Shown one piece after another: positions 21,927 through 27,166 of a DNA stretch of 27,166 nt. The stretch comes from Thermoprotei archaeon (GTDB lineage: Archaea > Thermoproteota > Thermoprotei_A > Sulfolobales > Ignisphaeraceae). The position numbers and the translations under genes are program-made. Numbering within the stretch: position 1 is the first letter of the stretch; every line of letters begins with the position of its first letter. The notes beneath the pieces were generated by a model. It made no database searches, was not told where the DNA came from, and saw only the letters and a list, made by a program, of their open reading frames with translations. The stretch is from NCBI GenBank assembly GCA_003661905.1, contig QMXA01000001.1:1-27166 (forward strand). The letters are read 5' to 3'.

Positions 21927-22237
21927 GTGTTTCATTAGATAATATAATTAGAACAATTATAAGAACAGGAAAAGTTGTGTTAGGATCTAAAAGATCCATA
22001 AAGTTAGTTAAGCTCGGCAAAGCAAAGGCTATTGTCATAGCTAGTAATGTACCCTCAAATATTAGATCTGATATCGAGTACTACGCTAAACTCTCACACA
22101 TACCAATAGTAGAGTATCCAGGTACTAACATGGAGTTAGGAGCTATATGTGGTAAACCGTTTTCCGTAGCTGTGCTCACTGTTCTAGATCTTGGCTCTGT
22201 ACCTATAGAAAGTCTCCTCATGTTTGCTAAGAGGTGA
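21923..22237 (+). CDS. rpl30e: Ribosomal protein L30e
   Basis: 104 aa, typical L30e (…[11 protein letters not shown]…). 4-nt overlap with rpoA2. Confidence 0.85.
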   Translation: MSVSLDNIIRTIIRTGKVVLGSKRSIKLVKLGKAKAIVIASNVPSNIRSDIEYYAKLSHIPIVEYPGTNMELGAICGKPFSVAVLTVLDLGSVPIESLLMFAKR

Positions 22238-22676
22238 AAGCTTGCCTGAAATAAAATTAACAGCTGAAGAATTAAGATACATATCATTGTTCCAAGATTT
22301 TACAGGAGCTACAGTTAGAGATTGCATAGTAGATGAGAATAGTAGTACCCTAATATTCATAGTAAATAAAGGACAAGCAGGCTTAGCTATAGGAAGGCGT
22401 GGCACTAATATTAAGCAGCTACGTAAGCTAATAGGTAAGAACATAGAAGTTGTTGAATGGGCTGATAACTTCAAGGACTTCGTTAAAAATATATTTATGC
22501 CTGCAAGAGTCTTAGGAGTAAAGCTTGTCAATACACCTTCAGGTAGGAGAACAATATTTGTAACTGTAGATCCTAGAGACAAAGCTATAGCTATAGGGAA
22601 GGGTGGACGCAACGTAAATAAAGCTAAGCTAATACTAAAGAGGTATTACGATATAAATTCCGTAGTCATAGTGTAA
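22224..22676 (+). CDS. nusA: Archaeal NusA-like transcription termination factor (two KH domains)
   Basis: KH GxxG motifs (AIGRRGTNIKQL and AIGKGGRNVNKA). The start is probably TTG 22242, 4 nt after a GGTGA in the L30e 3' end. Confidence 0.85.
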   Translation: MLRGESLPEIKLTAEELRYISLFQDFTGATVRDCIVDENSSTLIFIVNKGQAGLAIGRRGTNIKQLRKLIGKNIEVVEWADNFKDFVKNIFMPARVLGVKLVNTPSGRRTIFVTVDPRDKAIAIGKGGRNVNKAKLILKRYYDINSVVIV

Positions 22677-22726
22677 TAAGAGTTTTAAGCTCTAAATCAT
22701 TTCTAAGCCGCGTAGGTGTGTAGTCA

Positions 22727-23170
22727 GTGCCAGGGAAAAAAGCTCCAAACGGTCTTTACGCTGCTAGGAAACTTAGAAAGAAGAGATTGAAATTTAGATG
22801 GAGTCAAAGAGAATTCAAAATACGTATGTTAAGACTTAAGGAAAAATACGATCCACTAGAAGGAGCCCCAATGGCTAGAGGAATAGTATTAGAGAAAGTA
22901 GGTATAGAATCTAGACAGCCCAATTCAGCTGTAAGGAAATGTGTAAGAGTTCAATTAGTGAAGAATGGTAAGGTAGTTACAGCTTTCGTACCTGGTGACG
23001 GAGCGATAAACTTCATAGATGAACATGACGAAGTAGTAATAGCAGGAATAGGTGGTAGTAGAGGAAGATCTATGGGTGATCTACCAGGCGTTAGATACAA
23101 AGTCATAATAGTAAACGGAGTTTCATTAGATGCCTTATTAAAGGGTAAGAAACAAAAGCCAACTCGATAA
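22727..23170 (+). CDS. rps12: Ribosomal protein S12 (uS12)
   Basis: …[17 protein letters not shown]…[18 protein letters not shown]… GTG start with GGTGTG 8 nt upstream. Confidence 0.95.
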   Translation: MPGKKAPNGLYAARKLRKKRLKFRWSQREFKIRMLRLKEKYDPLEGAPMARGIVLEKVGIESRQPNSAVRKCVRVQLVKNGKVVTAFVPGDGAINFIDEHDEVVIAGIGGSRGRSMGDLPGVRYKVIIVNGVSLDALLKGKKQKPTR

Positions 23171-23176
23171 ATATAT

Positions 23177-23650
23177 TTAGAATTCTTCAGATTCCTCGTC
23201 CCTAAGCATAGATTCCTGAATAAATACTAAATCTTCTGAGACATACATAGGCACATTAAATAGCTGAGCTAAGAATAGTGCATGGCTAGGTATCATTTTC
23301 TTCACTATGACTGCTCCCTCTACATCTATGTACACAGAGGCACCATAAACCATTAAATCTGGATCTAAGTAATCAATTACAATTTTCCTAATTCTTCTTC
23401 CTATGGTATTCTCTAATTCTGATGATAATAATGATAATAAGTCAAAGATACTAGACCTTCCAGTAGGGTTCTTAATCTTTTCCCCTTCATGAGTAATTGT
23501 ACTAAGGGCTATTACAATTTCGTAAGGTACACTGTAGAGTATGAATGTCTTGCCATTTTCTAAATTACATACAATTACAGGTATAGGTGGTTGTGATGGA
23601 AGTACGTATCCCTCTATATCTGTGATTCTAATATGCTTTGATTTTTCCAA
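23177..23650 (-). CDS. DUF151 / bifunctional-nuclease (BFN)-domain protein (COG1259-like)
   Basis: 157 aa. The order of conserved blocks matches the BFN domain (…LYSVPYEIVIAL…RSSIFDLL…VIDYLDPD-LMVYGASVYI…IPSHALFLAQLFNVPMYVSEDL…). Convergent with rps12 (7-nt spacer) and divergent from rps7. Confidence 0.55.
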   Translation of the reverse strand: MEKSKHIRITDIEGYVLPSQPPIPVIVCNLENGKTFILYSVPYEIVIALSTITHEGEKIKNPTGRSSIFDLLSLLSSELENTIGRRIRKIVIDYLDPDLMVYGASVYIDVEGAVIVKKMIPSHALFLAQLFNVPMYVSEDLVFIQESMLRDEESEEF

Positions 23651-23754
23651 TATAGCTGCCCGGCACCCCCTTTGCTAATGAGTTTATATCTTTACCTATC
23701 TCAAGGAAAAAATATAAGGCTCCCTACTCATCTACTGCAGGTAGTTAAGGGGCG

Positions 23755-24372
23755 TTGATCAACATGAGTGAGGAGGCAGCTGTTTCAATTGAAGACTTCG
23801 TATCATATGAAGATATAAAGATATTTGATAAATGGAGCTTCAAGGGAATTGTAATAAGAGATCCTAGTCTTAAGAAATACATCTCTCTTAAACCGGTTTA
23901 TCTACCACATACAGGAGGTAGGCATGAACATAGAAGATTCGGAAAAGCTGAGGTGCCTATAGTTGAGAGACTAATTAATAAGCTTATGAGACCTGGAAGA
24001 AATACTGGGAAAAAACACCTGGCATATAATATTGTTAAAAGAGCATTTGAATTAATATATCTAAAAACCAAGACAAACCCATTACAAGTGCTCGTGAGAG
24101 CTATTGAGAATGCAGCTCCACGTGAAGAAACTACTAGAATTATGTACGGCGGTATTGTTTATCATGTAGCAGTTGATGTCTCTCCTCAAAGAAGAGTAGA
24201 TTTAGCACTAAGACATATAACTGAAGGTGCTAGATTAGCAGCATTCAGATCTCCAAAACCCATTGAGGAATGCCTAGCTGATGAGATAATAGCCGCTGCA
24301 AACTATGATACGAAAAGCTACGCTATTCAGCGCAAAGAAGAAATTGAACGTATAGCTCTAAGTTCTAGATAA
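23755..24372 (+). CDS. rps7: Ribosomal protein S7 (uS7)
   Basis: Typical archaeal S7. Likely start ATG 23764 (MSEEAAVS…). Confidence 0.9.
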   Translation: MINMSEEAAVSIEDFVSYEDIKIFDKWSFKGIVIRDPSLKKYISLKPVYLPHTGGRHEHRRFGKAEVPIVERLINKLMRPGRNTGKKHLAYNIVKRAFELIYLKTKTNPLQVLVRAIENAAPREETTRIMYGGIVYHVAVDVSPQRRVDLALRHITEGARLAAFRSPKPIEECLADEIIAAANYDTKSYAIQRKEEIERIALSSR

Positions 24373-24480
24373 AGCTCTAGAACGAATCGGTATTATACGC
24401 ACTACTTTTATAATGTTTGATAAATACTTTTAAGGGTAAAGAGGCTATTTGCACAGCTTGGAGATGGAGAGGGTAGAGGC

Positions 24481-25797
24481 ATGAGCAGTACTAAGCCACA
24501 TCTAAATCTAGTAGTAATAGGTCACGTAGATCATGGTAAAAGCACATTAGTAGGTCACATGCTCTATAAACTAGGCGCTGTAGATCAAAAAACACTAAAA
24601 GAAATTGAGGAAGCAGCAAAGAAATTAGGTAAGGAAGCTGAAAAATTTGCTTGGATACTTGATAGATTCAAGGAGGAAAGAGAAAGAGGCCTAACTATAG
24701 CATTATCTTATGTCAAGTTCGAGACTAAAAGATACTACTTTACAATAATAGATGCACCAGGCCATAGAGACTTTGTCAAGAACATGATAACTGGAGCAAG
24801 TCAAGCAGATGCAGCTCTATTAGTAGTCTCTGCTAAGAAAGGTGAATTTGAAGCTGGCATGAGTCCTGAAGGCCAGACTAGAGAGCATATAGTATTAGCT
24901 AAAACCATGGGCATAGATCAAGTGGTGGTGGCAATTAGCAAAATGGACATAACAGATCCACCATGGAGCGAGAAGAGATTCAAAGAAATAGTCAGCATCA
25001 TTACCAAGTTCATGAAAACTCTAGGGTATAGAATGGAAAAGGTCCAGTTCGTACCAGTCTCTGGTTGGACTGGTGATAATATCATCGAATCAAGTTCAAA
25101 TATGCCTTGGTGGAAAGGACCTACACTTGTAGAGGCTCTTGATAGATTTGAAGAGCCTCCTAAACCAATAGATAAACCACTAAGAATACCAATATCAGAA
25201 GTATTCTCCATATCTGGTGTAGGTACAGTACCTGTAGGTAGAGTAGAGACTGGAGTTTTGAAGGTTGGAGATAAAGTAGTATTCATGCCTCCAGGCAGAG
25301 TTGGTGAAGTACGATCAATAGAAATGCACCATGTTAGAATAGAGAAGGCAGTACCTGGAGATAATATAGGCTTCAATGTCAGAGGTATTTCAAGAACAGA
25401 AATTAGGCGTGGTGATGTTGCTGGACATGTCACTAACCCACCAACAGTTGTTAATGAGTTTGTAGCTAGAGTTATGATAATATGGCACCCAACAGCTATA
25501 GCTGTAGGCTATACACCAGTAGTTCATGCACACACAGCAAGCATAGCATGTAGAATTACAGAGATAATTGGTAAGGTAGATCCAAGAACTGGCCGTATAG
25601 TGGAAAAGAACCCACAATTCATAAAGATGGGTGACATAGCTATAGTGAGATTCAAGCCTATAAAGCCTATGGTAATAGAGAAGTTCAGCGAATTCCCACA
25701 GCTAGGCAGATTTGCAATGAGAGATATGGGCAAGACAGTAGGTATAGGGGTAGTAATAGAGCATAAACCAGCTAAAGTACAGCTCAGAGAGAAGTAA
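24481..25797 (+). CDS. tuf: Translation elongation factor 1-alpha (EF-Tu homologue)
   Basis: GHVDHGKST, DAPGHRDF and NKMD GTPase motifs. 438 aa. Confidence 0.97.
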   Translation: MSSTKPHLNLVVIGHVDHGKSTLVGHMLYKLGAVDQKTLKEIEEAAKKLGKEAEKFAWILDRFKEERERGLTIALSYVKFETKRYYFTIIDAPGHRDFVKNMITGASQADAALLVVSAKKGEFEAGMSPEGQTREHIVLAKTMGIDQVVVAISKMDITDPPWSEKRFKEIVSIITKFMKTLGYRMEKVQFVPVSGWTGDNIIESSSNMPWWKGPTLVEALDRFEEPPKPIDKPLRIPISEVFSISGVGTVPVGRVETGVLKVGDKVVFMPPGRVGEVRSIEMHHVRIEKAVPGDNIGFNVRGISRTEIRRGDVAGHVTNPPTVVNEFVARVMIIWHPTAIAVGYTPVVHAHTASIACRITEIIGKVDPRTGRIVEKNPQFIKMGDIAIVRFKPIKPMVIEKFSEFPQLGRFAMRDMGKTVGIGVVIEHKPAKVQLREK

Positions 25798-25845
25798 TAA
25801 AGTTGTTAAGATCTGAGAGCAGTAAGTAACTAAGGCTGCTAAACT

Positions 25846-26157
25846 ATGGCATCTAAAGTCAGAATAAGGCTTTGGAGCACTGATGTAGAGAAGCTGAACT
25901 ATGTAGTAAACCAGATTGTGGACATAGCTAAGAGAGCAGGCGTTGAAATTTCAGGCCCAGTTCCACTTCCTACAAAGAGATTAGTAATACCTATTTTAAG
26001 ACCAACTCATGGTGAAGGAACTAAAGTATATGAAAAGTGGGAGATGAGAATTCATAAAAGGATAATAGATATAGCAGCAAATGAAAGAGTTATGAGACAA
26101 ATAATGAGAGTAAGAGTACCGGAAGATGTATATATAGAAATAGAGCTAATGAGATAA
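25846..26157 (+). CDS. rps10: Ribosomal protein S10 (uS10)
   Basis: [13 protein letters not shown]… with a typical uS10 length and motifs. Confidence 0.9.
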   Translation: MASKVRIRLWSTDVEKLNYVVNQIVDIAKRAGVEISGPVPLPTKRLVIPILRPTHGEGTKVYEKWEMRIHKRIIDIAANERVMRQIMRVRVPEDVYIEIELMR

Positions 26158-26202
26158 GACATTTAATGTTTTTACCTCCCTTAAACAAATTTTAATTACG
26201 GC

Positions 26203-26291
26203 GCCGGGGTGCCCGAGCGGACTAAGGGGCCGGCCTTGAGAGCCGGTGGGTGTTCGCACCCGCGCGGGTTCAAATCCCGCCCCCGGCGCCA
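26203..26291 (+). tRNA. tRNA-Ser (anticodon UGA), type II with long variable arm, CCA encoded
   Basis: Acceptor GCCGGGG/CCCCGGC; anticodon stem CCGGC/GCCGG with loop CUUGAGA; variable arm GGGTG-TTCG-CACCC; T-arm GCGGG-TTCAAAT-CCCGC; discriminator G then CCA. Confidence 0.85.
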
Positions 26292-26513
26292 TACTATTCT
26301 AATAAATTAAGAATCAATGAATTTCTTAAATATAGCATCTATTCTCAATACCAGATAGCTAAAGTCATGAAACTGAATAAATTACTAGCAAGCCTCTAAA
26401 CAGAAGAATCTATTTGTATTTTGAATTATTCTACCCTATAGATCAGGCATGTTGAGATATAAAGTAATTTTACCATCCTTACCATTTTATTATTTTTAAA
26501 TCTAATAGTTATT

Positions 26514-27166
26514 ATGAAACCCGAAAATTCAGCTCTTCAATCAACCTATGTTTCAGGAGTTAGTAACTTTAAAATCACTATTTTCTATTATGGATGGCTT
26601 AACACTTCTAATGTACTTGATTTAAGATTCGATATTTTGGTATTTGGTGGCGCTGATGAGATATTGAATTATTAATATGACGTAGTTAATGAGCTAAGGC
26701 GAAGAAATGTAGAGGTCTATGCATATCTTCACGATGGAGATATACCGATAGGGCTAGGATCCTCATTCAATGTCACGGTTGTAGTAGGGGGCCAAGATGT
26801 ATCTGCATGGGTTGATTATATTAAAGGTCTAATTAATAAATATGTTGGTATTGTAGATGGCGATTTCTTTAATGAATGTGATCCTTCATATTTTGGAACT
26901 GTAGATCCTGATAATTATTATCTTTAATTATTTAGTCATGCTCTTGAGGAATTAGCAAAATACGCTCATTCCAAAGGTTTAAAGGTATTTATCAATGGTG
27001 TTAGAGCATATGCAGATTTAGGAGATTATTACTTATGGGAGAATTTTGTAGCGCTGTACGATGATACTAATGGATATTACCTAGATGCAAACTTCTTCAA
27101 TACTAGTAATGAAAATCCATATGACTGGATCAATAGAATAGCTAAGTATAATTACTTAAAAAGCCA
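26514..27166 (+). pseudogene. Disrupted TIM-barrel glycoside-hydrolase-like gene (tentatively GH114/DUF297-like), with two in-frame TAA codons, continuing past the window end
   Basis: A single frame stays protein-like from ATG 26514 (MKPENSALQSTYVSGVSNFKITIFYYGW…) through …GLKVFINGVRAYADLGDYYLWENF… and is interrupted only by TAA at 26673..26675 and 26925..26927, in a region where random stops should be frequent. Confidence 0.45.

Overview
The window looks like a Sulfolobales-type crenarchaeal chromosome: about 35% GC, a single unsplit rpoB, frequent GTG/TTG starts, 4 to 30 nt gene overlaps, and GGTGA ribosome-binding motifs inside operons. Most of it is core housekeeping, and I could not support any multi-gene novel system. 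In order along the window: (i) tRNA-Pro(UGG), then a compositionally distinct GC-richer segment of about 1.7 kb carrying a minus-strand DUF89/ARMT1-like metal-dependent phosphatase gene, closed by a degenerate direct repeat of the 3' half of the tRNA; this reads as an eroded tRNA-targeted integration scar. (ii) an SPFH/stomatin gene. (iii) the arginine block argG-argH-carA-carB with overlapping starts and stops, preceded by a perfect 16-bp palindrome with a third half-site at the argG start codon. (iv) an IT-superfamily-like permease and an EamA/DMT transporter. (v) two divergent orphan hypotheticals next to tRNA-Lys(UUU). (vi) the canonical rpoH-rpoB-rpoA1-rpoA2-L30e-NusA-S12 unit, followed by a convergent minus-strand DUF151/bifunctional-nuclease-domain gene wedged in before S7-EF1alpha-S10-tRNA-Ser(UGA). 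(vii) after tRNA-Ser, a gene-like frame running off the window end and interrupted by two in-frame TAA codons, a probable pseudogene. The most unusual items are the tRNA-Pro att-like duplication with foreign-looking cargo, the argG operator palindrome, the antisense nuclease-domain gene splitting the transcription/translation cluster, and the disrupted gene beside tRNA-Ser. All functional calls come from motif recognition by eye on the supplied translations; no database searches were run.
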